A stretch of DNA of 64,000 nt from Octopus sinensis (lineage: Eukaryota): NCBI RefSeq assembly GCF_006345805.1, contig NW_021835983.1, positions 3,459-67,458 on the forward strand, read 5' to 3'. The translations under genes were made by a program, and so were the position numbers. The notes under the pieces were generated by a model that was not told where the DNA came from, did no database searches, and was given only the letters and a program-made list of their open reading frames with translations. Positions 13,800-27,529 of the stretch are shown one piece after another. Position 1 is the first letter of the stretch. Every line of letters begins with the position of its first letter.

Positions 13800-14345
13800 A
13801 GCAGGAATACCAAATATTTATTTCTTTATTGAGAGCTAAACATAGAGGAGACAGGCAAAGGGTTTCAGTCGATTAGATCGACCCCAGTACGTAACTGGTA
13901 CTTATTTAATCGACCCCGAAAGGATGAAAGGCAAAGTCAACCTCGGTGGAGTTTGAATTGAGAACGTAACGATAAACGAAATACCGCTGAGCATTTCGCC
14001 CGGCGTGCTAACGATTCTGCCAGCTCCCCGCCCTTTACCAAAATACCAAATATTTCGCGTGTGATATGGATACGGTGTGTGTGTGCGTGTATTTATAAAT
14101 ATTTCTATATTATATACATACATATATATAATATTAGTTTCAAATTTCGGCCCAAGGCCAGCAATTTCGGGGATGGGTGAAAATCGACTATATCAACCCC
14201 AGTGTTCAACTGGTATTTAATTTATCAATCCGAAAGGATAAAAGGCAAAATCGACCCCGGCGGTATTTGAACTCAAAGTAAAATTTTAAGAAACAACGCT
14301 CAGCGTTTTGTCCAGTGCAGTAACGATTCTGCCAGCTTGCTGCCC
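13800..14345 (-). mobile_element. Two Nin-domain SINE copies (about 13800-14035 and 14135-14345)
   Basis: Reverse complement of the family consensus (ggtacttatttaatcgaccccgaaaggatgaaaggcaaagtc...aacgattctgccagc). Confidence 0.85.
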
Positions 14346-14347
14346 TG

Positions 14348-15246
14348 TACATACATACATACATACATACATACATACATACATACATGCATACATACAT
14401 ACATACATGCAACATACATACATACATGCATGCATACATACATACATACATACAGATACATACATACATACATACATACATACTACATACATACATACAT
14501 ACATGCATGCATACATACATGCACAAACATATATATATAATACATACATACATACATGCATACATACATACATACACACATACATGCATATATACATGCA
14601 TACATACATACATACATACACGCATACATACATACTTTTATACATACATACATACATGCACACATGCATACATACATACATACATACATACATACATACA
14701 TACGTACATACATACATACATACATACATACATACATAGCACATACATACTATACATACATACATGCATACATACACACATACATACATGCATACATACA
14801 TACATACATACATGCATACATACTGCATCCCTACATACATACATACATACGCAACATACATACATACATACATACATACATGCAATCATACACATATACA
14901 TACATACATACATGCACACATACATACATACATACATACATACATACATACATACATGGCATACATACATACATATCATACATATCTACATGCATACATC
15001 ATACATACATACATGCATACATACATGCATACATGCATACATACATACATATATACATACATACATACACAGACACACAACATACATATACATATACATC
15101 ATGCAGACATACATACATACATACATCATACACTACATGCACATGCTACATACATACATACACGAATCATACATACATACATACATACATACATACATAA
15201 TCAATACATACACATCATACATACATATACATTACATACATACATA
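14348..15246. repeat. (TACA)n degenerate microsatellite
   Basis: Direct reading. Confidence 0.97.
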
Positions 15247-16135
15247 GTATTACGATTGCGTCGATTGCCAGAGGTGAGGTGTTCCACAGACGCTTCCAAA
15301 TGTTCCATATTTTCCGCCATAACGAAATCATTTACCATGCATTGTCGCAGAAATCTGAATTTTCTCTATTTCTTTTTTGATTTGGCATTTTCAGCTGTGC
15401 TTTACAATAATTTAATATCTTATACACAGTTCGGAGATAAAACTTAGTAATGCTATTAAGTCTAACAACCGCTTTTTATTTCGTTAAGTTTCTATACAAA
15501 GTGTCCGTACAAAACTCAAAGCTTCGTTTTCGTGTTAATGCAAATATTATGATATAAATATGAACCAAACGTTATTTAGTAATGAACGGTGGCGGAAAAA
15601 TAGAAAACGAAACTATAATTCCGAGCGCTTATATTAATGCAATATCACGTGTGTACACAAAATAAATAATATCGTTTAAATGATGGGCGTTGCATAAATG
15701 TATTGATCAAACAGGCGCCAACAAGGCTGTGTGGGTTTCGGGTTTAGACTTATTGCGCAATACCTTGGGCAAATATCTTCTATATGCCAGTGAGCTGACC
15801 AATGTCCTGAGAGTTGATTTCGTAAATGGAATCTGCGTGAAGCCCATTGTATACATATACATGCATATTTTACTTTTTAATCAACCGTCTTCATGCTTTT
15901 TCTCCTGGTTTCTCATGTACCAGAGTACTGGTTTTCAAATAGAGCAATCAATGTGATCAGAACCCGAAGATTGCTTTGAGACACAAGATACTTAATAAAA
16001 ACCTGTCTGACTGCGTGTCTTAATAGCAAGAAACTATAAGTAACTCTAATCTTAATTCAGTGTGCATTAAATGATGTTTATCTTTGACTTGATGGAGTAC
16101 GTTTTTGTTGATTTTACCATAACGGAACAGTAAAC

Positions 16136-16167
<32 letters not shown>

Positions 16168-16240
16168 TGTATGTATGTATGTATGTATATGTATGTATGT
16201 ATGTATATATATATATAGATACATACATACATCTATATAT

Positions 16241-16294
<54 letters not shown>

Positions 16295-16321
16295 ATACAT
16301 ACATCTATATATTATAGAATC

Positions 16322-16750
16322 AAATCAAAATTGAAATCGATCAACATCAATGGAATTTGTAGGTTGTGGTACCAGTGCCGGTGGCACATAAGAGAACCAT
16401 CCGAACGTGGCCGTAGCCAGCACCGCATCGACTGGCCTCCGTGCTGGTGGCACGTAACAAACACCATCCGATCGTGGCCGTTGCCAGCCTCGCCTGGCCT
16501 CCGTGCCGGTGGCACGTAAAAAAGACCATCCGAGCGTGGCCGTTCGCCAGCCTCGTCTGGCACCTGTGTCGGTGGCACATAAAAAGCACCCACTACACTC
16601 ACGGAGTGGTTGGCGTTAGGAAGGGCATCCAGCTGTAGAAACACTGCCAGATCTGACTGGCCTGGTGCAGCCTTCTGGCTCCCCAGACCCCAGTTGAACC
16701 GTCCAACCCATGCTAGCATATAAGGTGGACGTTAAACGATGATGATGATG
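16322..16750 (+). mobile_element. SINE-like element with internal tandem repeats of about 63 bp and a (GAT)n tail
   Basis: gtgccggtggcac-like units begin at 16375, 16441, 16503 and 16566. 3' part ggttggcgttaggaagggcatccagctgtagaaac ... ggacgttaaacgatgatgatg resembles RTE-partnered cephalopod SINE ends. Confidence 0.65.
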
Positions 16751-16779
16751 ATATATATATATATATGTATATATATATA

Positions 16780-16945
16780 AACCTTTTCCACTTTCTCTCC
16801 CTGTTTTTTTCTGTGTTCCTTTCTGTCGAAGAGCGTAGGCTCGAAACGTAAAAGACTTACTCACTTCCCAAGCGTTAAACTAATACTTCTGTTTGTTGTT
16901 TACACACCCGTCTTCGTTTTTTTTTTTATTGAAAATTCTCACTAA
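16780..16945 (+). mobile_element. About 170-bp element with hammerhead-like motif (family also at 36790-36970 and 37595-37765 on minus)
   Basis: CTTT-CTGTCGA-A-GAGC-gtag-GCTC-GAAAC-GTA-AAAG at 16819-16854. Near-identical reverse-complement copy at 37683-37718, diverged copy at 36875-36908; shared flank gttaaactaatac. Confidence 0.6.
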
Positions 16946-17393
16946 ATATGTATGGAGGAAGCAGCTTCACTTTGATAAATGTTTTGGCACAAAATGATGC
17001 CTTTGAGTCATCGATTTAATTTGACAGCGTTGTGTGTGTGTATGGTGTGTATCTGTCTGTGTGTAAGTAATCCATATATATATATATACATATATATATA
17101 TATGTGTGTGTGTGTATACGTATATATGTATGTATACATATATTTATGCATACATATATGCACATATAGACAAACATCAGTGACGTCAGAAGGGTTCCCA
17201 GCGCCCGAGGGAAAAGACACGTTTGGCGCCACAACCCTAATCAACATGCATGATAGAGCAGAGGATTTTTACGGGGTGGGGCTGGATTGCTTCACACCTG
17301 CTTGCCGTTGCCTCCATGACTAATAGGTTTGTTTCACAACCACGTGATCACTTCAGCACCGTGGTCTCCATAGTAACGTATAATTTTGCACTC

Positions 17394-17453
<60 letters not shown>

Positions 17454-17526
17454 AATATTATTATTATTATTACTATTATTATTATTACTGTGGTAAAATT
17501 TACGAAGCCCAGTATACCCATCATGA

Positions 17527-17565
<39 letters not shown>

Positions 17566-18997
17566 CAACAAGCTTCTTTCAGTTTCCGCTACCAAATCTA
17601 CTCACAAGGTTTTGGTCAGCCTGAAGCTATAGTAGAAGTCACTAGCCCAAGGTGCCACGCAGTAGGACCGAACCCGGAATCATGTAGTTGAGATGCACGC
17701 TTCTTATCACACAGACACTCGTACACCTATACACACACACACACACATTCGGCCAGGTAGACGATACAAAGGCAGATAAGAGAAACAACAATGAGAAGTA
17801 CAGGTAAGAAAGACGGGTCATTCCTAGCCTTCTTTCCTCAGTTAAGTACCAGATGTCACAGCCGTTTCGGCCAGTTATACTCGAGACGGTTCGATCTGGT
17901 TGCCCACCAAAAAGTCTAAGCTATGTCTGAATATGTGTGTGTGTGTGTGTTTGTGTGTGTGTGGTTTGTGTGTGTGTGTGTAATGTTTGTATGCCTAGTC
18001 ACAATGTATCAAATACAATCTCATAATGTTGAGTTGATGGTTGGTTAAACGATTGTTCGCGGGAATGTAATGTTACTTAAATCGTCACCACCAACGCACC
18101 GCCCGAACTGCCCCTCCACTACCACTAAAACCACCGCCAAAAACACCACCACCACCACCACCACCACCACCACAACCGACACCACCACCACCACCACCAC
18201 CACCACCACCACCACCGACCGACCCACCACCACCACCACCGACCACTACCACCACCACCACCACCGACACCACCACCACCGACACCACCACCACCACCAC
18301 CGACACCACCACCGCCACCACCACCACCGACACCACCACCGCCACCACCACCGCCACCACCACCACCACCACCACCACCACCACCACCACCACCACCACC
18401 ACCACCACCACCACCACCACCACCACTTCACTTCACTTCATGGTTTCCCTTTCTTTCTCGTCCATCCGTTCTCATTTTCCTTGGGTTCGCCATCATCTCA
18501 TTCCAATTTCATCCAACTCCCCCGCTTCCCATTCTCACCTTTCTCTTTTCCCTGCATCCCTTTTCGTTTGAAGAAGACTTGGCTGCTATTTCTTACTGAT
18601 CGCGCGACCACTTAAACGCTTCCTCGTTCTAAAGGACATGGCTTGTGTGTGGCAGACAACGAAATGCCTTCCTGTCTTTCCAGCGACATCGTTCGTTTGC
18701 TAATGAGATATTTGAACCCGTGCCTCGCCCATCAAATTATATTCGGGTTGTTTGTAATTGTCAGTGACAAACTGGTTGAATAGGAGAGTTAGTAGTGGCC
18801 CCGCCCTCTCAGCCAGCAGGAGAGCGAGGAACTCATTAATAAGGGAAAATAATGGTAAATGGAGACCAGCTGGCATCGTCTCTCACTCGTAAAGGCTTCG
18901 TTGATGGCCTGGCCGTTTCGAAAGGAACGTCATGATGACGTTCATGGTCGTGGTGGCGATGAGGAAGGTGGTGATGCGGACGACGACGGCGACGACG

Positions 18998-19029
<32 letters not shown>

Positions 19030-19329
19030 GATGATGATGGGTGGTGATGATGATGATGATGACGATGATGATGATGATGGGTGGTGATGATGAGGATGAT
19101 AATGAGGATGATGATGATGGGTGGTGATGATGAGGATGATGAGGAGAACGAAGAATAAGACAGAAGAAAATGGAAATTGAGTGAAGAAGTGGCGGTGGTC
19201 GTAGTTGTAGTAGTAGTAGTAGTAGCAGCAGCAGCAGTAGTAGTAGTTGGAGAAGGAGAGAAAGAAGGAAAGAAAGAAAGAAAGAAAGAAAGAGAAGAAG
19301 AAGAAGAAGGACAAAGACGGCGACGAGGA

Positions 19330-19354
19330 CGATGATGTGATGATGGTGATGATG

Positions 19355-19386
<32 letters not shown>

Positions 19387-19433
19387 GATTATGATGGTGG
19401 TGATGATGATGATGATGGTAGTGATGATGATGG

Positions 19434-19471
<38 letters not shown>

Positions 19472-19613
19472 ATGATGGTGGTGATGATGATGATGATGAT
19501 GTTGATGATGATGATGATGGTGATGGTGATGATGATGATGATGATGATGACGATGATGATGATGATGATGATGATGGTGGTGATGATGATGATGATGATG
19601 ATGATGGTAGTGG

Positions 19614-19648
<35 letters not shown>

Positions 19649-19679
19649 ATGATGGTGGTGATGATGATGATGATGATGT

Positions 19680-19744
<65 letters not shown>

Positions 19745-19832
19745 GTGGTGATGATGATGATGATGATGATGATGATGGTAGTGGTGATGATGATGATGAT
19801 GATGTTGATGATGATGATGATGATGGTGGTGG

Positions 19833-19867
<35 letters not shown>

Positions 19868-19905
19868 GTGATGGTGATGATGATGATGATGATGGTGATG
19901 ATGAA
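19330..19905. repeat. (GAT)n/(GGT) microsatellite
   Basis: Direct reading; source of poly-His, poly-Ile and poly-Met ORFs. Confidence 0.97.
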
Positions 19906-20167
19906 GAAGATGACGACGACAGCTGGTTGTTCTGTCCAGTCTATCCCTCTGTTTTTTTCTACAAGGGGGCGAAGCACCTTTCCTGAATCTCAGCCTCACC
20001 TTTCACCAGATCGATCAGCCTGGCTCATCCCCTTTCGGTAAGTCAGGCAGCAGGGTAAAAGTCTGGTCGCTTCACTTCGTAGTTGCAGCGCTCAAAATTT
20101 CACAGCAATAATCCACGTTAAGGGCCTTTTCTTGATGTCCGATAGATTTCTCATATTTAGCTTTATC

Positions 20168-20372
20168 GGCAGAATCGTTTGCACGTCGGGCAAAATGCTT
20201 AGCGGCATTTCGTCCGGCGTTACGTTCTGTGTTCAAATTCTGCCGAGGTCGACTTTGCCTTTCATCCTTTCGGGGTCGATAAATTAAGTATCAGTTGCGC
20301 AGTGGGGTCGATCTAATCGACTGGACTCCCCTCCCACCAAATTTTAGTCCTTGCGCCTATAGTAGAAAGGAT
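20168..20372 (+). mobile_element. Nin-domain SINE
   Basis: ggcagaatcgtttgcacgtcgggcaaaatgcttagcggc...gactttgcctttcatcctttcggggtcgataaattaagta. Confidence 0.85.
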
Positions 20373-21034
20373 CATCACCACAAACATCATCATCATCATC
20401 ATCATCATCATCGTCATCGTCATCATCATCATCATCATCGTTGTCATCATCACCATCATCATCAACACCACAAACATCATCATCATCATCATCCTTATCG
20501 TCGTCGTCGTCATCATCATCATCATCATCATCATTGTCGTCGTCATCGTCGTCGTTATCATCATCATCATCAACTTCATCATCATTATTATTATTCTTGT
20601 TGTTGTTATTTTTTCCCATAAATTTCTACGTGAACACTTGAGCTAATTGTTGACATCGTAATCCTGTGTCAAGCGTTGATCCTCCTCTGTCTGTCTGTCT
20701 GTCTGTCTCTTAACGCTGACATTTTAAGACAATTACATTTTTTCACTAATGAGTAAATCGTCTTCTAAATGCCGTATTATTTCAATTTCTTTTTTAATTT
20801 CACTCATTTTATTTTTCTTGAAATTTTATTTTCTCTCTTTGCCTTATTTCTATTTCGTTTTTGTTCGAGGGATTATTTTAATCAAATAAAAGTGATTTAA
20901 GACGTAATCCTTTAATTCACGAACCATATCTAATGTCTGCAGTCAAGCGATGCTAATGCAATCATCGCCATTGTTCGGTCATTACTAACACGACCGGAAG
21001 TTTTATTTCTAGACTATGTAATGTCGGCTGCTGT

Positions 21035-21074
<40 letters not shown>

Positions 21075-21273
21075 ACTAATTCGTGCCTGACACTGGGTAA
21101 TTCTCCTAAGGAGACATTTTTAATCAATGTTTAAACTTCGATCGTGATTCCGAGTTAATCTGAACGAATCTATAATTAAATTGTATTTAAATTCGCGTGA
21201 AGGAACACATGACGAGGTTCATATATAAATGTATGTGTGTATGTATATCTATGTATATATATATATATTATAT

Positions 21274-21358
<85 letters not shown>

Positions 21359-21449
21359 CATACACACAAATTTATATATATATACATATATATATACACA
21401 CACATATACATATACAGACATATATATATAAATATATACATACATACTT

Positions 21450-21482
<33 letters not shown>

Positions 21483-21519
21483 CGTACAAACATATATACA
21501 CATATACATATATAGAAAG

Positions 21520-21780
21520 ATAATTGACTTTACAGTCCCAAATGTTGAAATAATCAATATGAGAGGTATAGAAAAAATAGCAAAGCACCAGGATTTAGCT
21601 ATTGAATTACAGAGGCTATGGAAATTGCGGGTAGATTGTATTCCAGTAGTTGTAGGTGCATTGGGAACTATCCCTAAAGATCTGAACAGATGGATAGGCG
21701 TAAAACCCAGACTAGTATAGCTGCAGAAAACAGTGTTATTAGGGACAGCTAGGATACTTAGGAGGGCTCTTGGCATCTAA
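21520..21780 (+). mobile_element. Dong/R4-clade REL endonuclease C-terminal fragment
   Basis: [85 protein letters not shown], with one internal stop. Confidence 0.85.
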
Positions 21781-22329
21781 GGTTACTTCCTGTATACCAT
21801 ACATACATACATACATACTCTAATATCGAACAGTGAGAATGGGTGCTCAACACCGCATTGGTGGACAAATAGAAGGATTCTTGGCATCTAAGGCAACTTG
21901 ATGTTGCCCGATGTTAGGATTCTTTTCTTTTCCAACAGCACAAGGCCTGAAATCTTGGTGAAAAGGGGTTAGTCGACTACATCAACCTCAGTGTGCCACT
22001 GGTACTTTTTTTATCGATCTCGAAGGAATAAAAAGGGTAGGTCGATTTCATAGACCGCCCGCTTCAGTACTTTAGGGTTAGAGTACTTTATTTTATCGAC
22101 CTCGAAGCGATGAAAAGCAATCTTGATCGCGACGAGAATGCACAGAACCGGAAGAAATGCCAGATGACAATCAACCCGACGCTCTACCGATTCTTTCAGC
22201 TCAACCAGTTATAAAACTCGGTTCATGGTTTGTTCCGACCTCGGCGGAATTTGAACTCAGAACGCAAAGACGGACGAAATGCTGCTAAGCACTTTGTCCG
22301 GCGTGCAAACGATTCTGCCAGCTCATCAC

Positions 22330-22375
<46 letters not shown>

Positions 22376-22663
22376 GAGGAGGAGGAGGAGGGGGACTGGG
22401 AGGAGCAGTTGTAGTAGTGATTTTAATGATACCGTTAATAACATGATTGGAGCGATCAGATATTGTGTGGTTAGTGATAATGTGGAAGAATAAAACCTGT
22501 TGAAAAGATTATTTCGTAATGAAAGAAACTTGGTGCTACGGAGCCGGGGCTTAGATCGATTTTTGGATTATAGCAAAGTGTTTGCTGTAATCGATTTCGC
22601 TGGGAAATAGATTGGGTTGGGTGGTTGGTAGGAAGAGTAAGGAGTGAGAGATTTAATAACCTG

Positions 22664-22802
22664 GATAGATAGGTAGATAGATAGGTAGGTAGATAGATAG
22701 ATAGATAGGTAGGTAGGTAGATAGATAGATAGATATATATAGATAGATAGATAGATATATAGATAGGTAGATAGATAGGTAGGTAGATAGATAGATAGAT
22801 AA

Positions 22803-22835
<33 letters not shown>

Positions 22836-22895
22836 GAGATAGATAGATATATATAGATAGATAGATATATAGATAGATAGATAGATAGATAGATG

Positions 22896-22930
<35 letters not shown>

Positions 22931-23163
22931 GGATCGATAGCTAGGTAGGTAGATAGATAGATAGATAAATAGATGATGGATGGATAGATAGATAGATGGA
23001 TGGATAGATAGATGGATCGATAGGTAGGTAGGTAGATAGATAGATAGATAGATAGATATAGATAGAAAGAAAGAAAGAAAGATAGACAGATAAACAGATA
23101 GATAGATAAATAGATAGATGGATGGATAGATGGATAGATGGACAGATAGATAGATAGATAGAT
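22664..23163. repeat. (GATA)n microsatellite
   Basis: Direct reading. Confidence 0.97.
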
Positions 23164-23631
23164 TAAAAGAGAAGCGGGGCTTAAAAGAAGAAGGAAAGGA
23201 AAGAAATTAGGGGTTAGGGAAAAGAAAAGACCCCGAATGAATTAGCGGTTGCTTGGCAACATATTACATTTTTTGTTTATATGTACCAAATTCCCTTTAT
23301 GGATACCGTTGGTTTTAGATAAATGAGAAGCGTGTGGGCGTGTGGGTGCTTTTTATACATACATACATACATACATACATACATACATACATACATACAT
23401 ACTCTAATATCGAACAGTGAGAATGGGTGCTCAACACACACATTGGTGGATAAATATTCTTTATTTGTGAGACAACCAGGCTACAAATAGTTTCATGTAG
23501 AAAAGAGTCTCTTAATTAACGAGTATGCCACATTTTTTCCCTCTTGGATAACAATATATCTCTATATATATATATGTGGGTGTCTCTGCAGGCGCGCGTG
23601 TGTGTTTGCATGTATATATAATGTATTAAGG

Positions 23632-23693
<62 letters not shown>

Positions 23694-24040
23694 ATCCAAA
23701 CAAGAAAACACAGAAAAAAAACACAGCAACGCGAGGACGTGGAACAATTAAAGTATTATTTGACGCTCATATATATATATATTATATATATATATATATA
23801 CAAAATTTAGAGGACTCACCACTAACAGCCTTTATGCTAGATATAGACGTCAAAATCGCCATTTCCCACGAAGAATGTGTTCTCAAGAAAAAATTTAGCT
23901 TTTAGTGCTCAGTCCTCTAAATTTTGTACGTAAAAATCTTTAATCTTCGGTTTTTTAAAAATATACTAGGCCACTGGTTTTAATTGATTAATATAAATTT
24001 CTACCCCTATTTAATTTTATATATGTATATATATATATAT

Positions 24041-24079
<39 letters not shown>

Positions 24080-25082
24080 AGGGAGAGAGAGACGTATATA
24101 CATGCACACATACACACGCATAAACTCTGGGTGTCCGTTGGGTAGAGTGAGCTGTGTGCTGATATCCAGTAGGTCTGGTTTTGTCGAAGCCATATTGGTA
24201 GTCCACAAGCGAGAAAAGAGATTCATGGTTCGAGAAGGTTCTTGTGGCTGCTGTTGCTGCTTTGGTTGTTGTTGTTAATGGTTGCAGCGATTAATTATGA
24301 AATCCTGGCAGCAAATATGTTAAGATAGCATTTGGCAGAATCAAAAGAGGTGACCGTTTCTCGTGAATGCTTCAAGGAATTTTGTTGGTTCTGTCCTGAT
24401 CATTTTTGATATTCATCTCAAATTTTTGCACAAGGCCAGCAATTACAGGGAAGGATATACTAATCTTTTGCTGGCGGCAGAATCAAAGAGGTGGCCGTTT
24501 CTAGGAAATGCTTCAGAGAATTTTGTTGGTTGTGTCCTGATCATTTTTGATATTCATCTCAAATTTTTGCGCAAGGCTGGCAATTAAAGGGAAAGATGTA
24601 AATCGATTATATTGACCCCAGTATTCAACTGGTACTTAGTTTATCGACTCTGAAAGGAGGAAATGCAAAGTGGGCCACGGCAGAGTTTGAACTCAGAATG
24701 TAAGGACGGACGAAATGTTGCTAAGCATATTATTCGGCGTGTAAAGAATTTTGCCAGCTCGCCGCCTCTATTATAAAATTTCAGTGTTGAAGGCCATTGA
24801 GCGAGAAGCGATCTCACCATTTTTGATTCTTTATTGGAACAATCGAATCTGTTCTTCAAAGCACGTCCTCGCTCCTTTGGGACCGCATCTCTTGGTGGAG
24901 TTGTGAAAAGCTAAACAGAATCTTATTTCGTTATAGACATGTGGATATATTTTTCAAATCTGTCTTGCACGTAGAAGAACGAACTCTATGAACAAGTTTG
25001 GATTAAATGAATGTAATGTTTAAGTCTATTTTATCGACCATTCAGTATCTTATGTGCTTTATATGCAGCAATGAGTGTTACT

Positions 25083-25155
25083 GGCCGCGTGGCCTAATGG
25101 ATAAGGCGTCTGACTTCGAATCAGAAGATTGCGAGTTCGAGTCTCGTCGTGGTCT
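25083..25155 (+). tRNA. tRNA-Arg(TCG) copy 1
   Basis: GGCCGCGTGGCCTAATGGATAAGGCGTCTGACTTCGAATCAGAAGATTGCGAGTTCGAGTCTCGTCGTGGTCT. 73 nt cloverleaf, intact A/B boxes, anticodon TCG, TTTT terminator about 8 nt downstream. Confidence 0.93.
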
Positions 25156-25528
25156 AGTAATCTTTTGCTGGCTGTGCCCCAGCCCGGCCACAACTATTGG
25201 CCGGAACGCATAAAAGAATACATTTACATCCAACTATGTCTTTCCCTCTCGTTCTCTTACCGCTAAACATTTTTGTCCGAAGTGCAAACGATTCTGTCAG
25301 ATCGCTGTCTTAATAGAAATAATTCTTTCTTCTCTTGACACAAGGACGGAAATGTTTTGGAGGAAAGAGATCTAATCGATTACAACGAACCACTGCACAG
25401 CTGGTATTTATTTTATCGATACCGATTGGATGAATGGCAATTCGGCCTGGGTGGAATTTGAACTGTAAAACCTATTTTATCGACCATTCAGTATCTTACG
25501 TGCTTTATATGCGGCTCTAAGTGTAACT

Positions 25529-25601
25529 GGCCACGTGGCCTAATGGATAAGGCGTCTGACTTCGAATCAGAAGATTGCGAGTTCGAGTCTCGTCGTGGTC
25601 T
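25529..25601 (+). tRNA. tRNA-Arg(TCG) copy 2
   Basis: Same as copy 1 but starts GGCCACG (A5-U68 pair); T5 terminator follows. Confidence 0.93.
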
Positions 25602-27456
25602 ACTAATCTTTTGCTGGCAGCAGAATCAAAGTGGTGGCCGTTTCTCGGAAATGCTCCAGAGAATTTTGTTGATTGTGTCCTGATCATTTTTGATATTCAT
25701 CTCAAATGTTTGCGCAAGGCCAGCAATTACAGGGAAGGATATAAGTCGATTATATTGACCCCAGTATTCAACTGGTACCTATTTTATCGACTCTGAAAGG
25801 ATGAAATGCAAATTGGGCCACTGCAGAGGTTGAACTCAGAACGTAAGGACGGACGAAATGTTGCTAAGCATATTATTCGGCGTGTTAAGAATTCGGCCAG
25901 CTTGCCGTCTCTATTATAAAATTTCAGTGTTGAAGGCCATTGAGCGAGAGTGATCTCACCATTTTTGATTCTTTATTGGAACAATCGAATCTGTTCTTCA
26001 AAGCACATTCTCGCTCCTTTGGGACCACATCTCCAAAGCTAAACAGAACCTTATTTCGTTATAGACATGTGAATTTACTTTTCAAATCTGTCTTGCACGT
26101 AGAAGGACGAACTCAAATTTTTGCGCAAGGCCAGCAATTACAGGGAAGGATGTAAATCGATTATATTGACCCCAGTATTCAACTGGTACTTATTTTATCG
26201 ACTCTGAAAGGAGGAAATGCAAAGTGGGCCACGGCAGAGTTTGAACTCAGAACGTAAGGACGGACGAAATGTTGCTAAGCATATTATTCGGCGTGTTAAG
26301 AATTCGGCCAGCTTGCCGTCTCTATTATAAAATTTCAGTGTTGAAGGCCATTGAGCGAGAGTGATCTCACCATTTTTGATTCTTTATTGGAATAATCGAA
26401 TCTGTTCTTCAAAGCACATCCTCGCTCCTTTGGGATCACATCTCCAAAGCTAAACAGAACCTTATTTCGTTATAGACATGTGAATTTACTTTTCAAATCT
26501 GTCTTGCACGTAGAAGGACGAACTCAAATTTTTGCGCAAGGCCAGCAATTACAGGGAAGGATGTAAATCGATTATATTGACCCCAGTATTCAACTGGTAC
26601 TTATTTTATCGACTCTGAAAGGAGGAAATGCAAAGTGGGCCACGGCAGTTTGAACTCAGAACGTAAGGACGGACGAAATGTTGCTAAGCATATTATTCGG
26701 CGTGTTAAGAATTCGGCCAGCTTGCCGTCTCTATTATAAAATTTCAGTGTTGAAGGTCATTGAGCGAGAGTGATCTCACCATTTTTTATTCTTTATTGGA
26801 ATAATCGAATCTGTTCTTCAAAGCACATCCTCGCTCCTTTGGGACCACATCTCCAAAGCTAAACAGAACCTTATTTCGTTATAGACATGTGAATTTACTT
26901 TTCAAATCTGTCTTGCACGTAGAAGGACGAACTCAAATTTTTGCGCAAGGCCAGCAATTACAGGGAAGGATGTAAATCGATTATATTGACCCCAGTATTC
27001 AACTGGTACTTATTTTATCGACTCTGAAAGGAGGAAATGCAAAGTGGGCCACGGCAGAGTTTGAACTCAGAACGTAAGGACGGACGAAATGTTGCTAAGC
27101 ATATTATTCGGCGTGTAAAGAATTTTGCCAGCTCGCCGCCTCTATTATAAAATTTCAGTGTTGAAGGCCATTGAGCGACAAGCGATCTCACCATTTTTGA
27201 TTCTTTATTGGAACAATCGAATCTGTTCTTCAAAACACATCCTCGCTCCTTTGGGACCGCATCTCTTGGTGGAGTTGTGAAAAGCTAAACAGAATCTTAT
27301 TTCGTTATAGACACGTGGATATATTTTTCAAATCTGTCTTGCACGTAGAAGAACGAACTCTATGAACAAGTTTGGATTAAATGAATGTAATGTCTAAGTC
27401 TATTTTATCGACCATTCAGTATCTTATGTGCTTTATATGCAGCAATGAGTGTTACT

Positions 27457-27529
27457 GGCCGCGTGGCCTAATGGATAAGGCGTCTGACTTCGAATCAGAA
27501 GATTGCGAGTTCGAGTCTCGTCGTGGTCT
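27457..27529 (+). tRNA. tRNA-Arg(TCG) copy 3
   Basis: Identical to copy 1 (GGCCGCG type); T5 terminator follows. Confidence 0.93.

Noticed and set aside
15250-15375. Possible CR1 reverse-transcriptase C-terminal remnant on minus (EIEKIQISAT...)
   Set aside because: Similarity is too short and degenerate to call.
18836-20041. Poly-His, poly-Ile and poly-Met ORFs (also at 9096, 34386, 48063, 51618 and 58309)
   Set aside because: Trinucleotide microsatellites with no splice or domain support.
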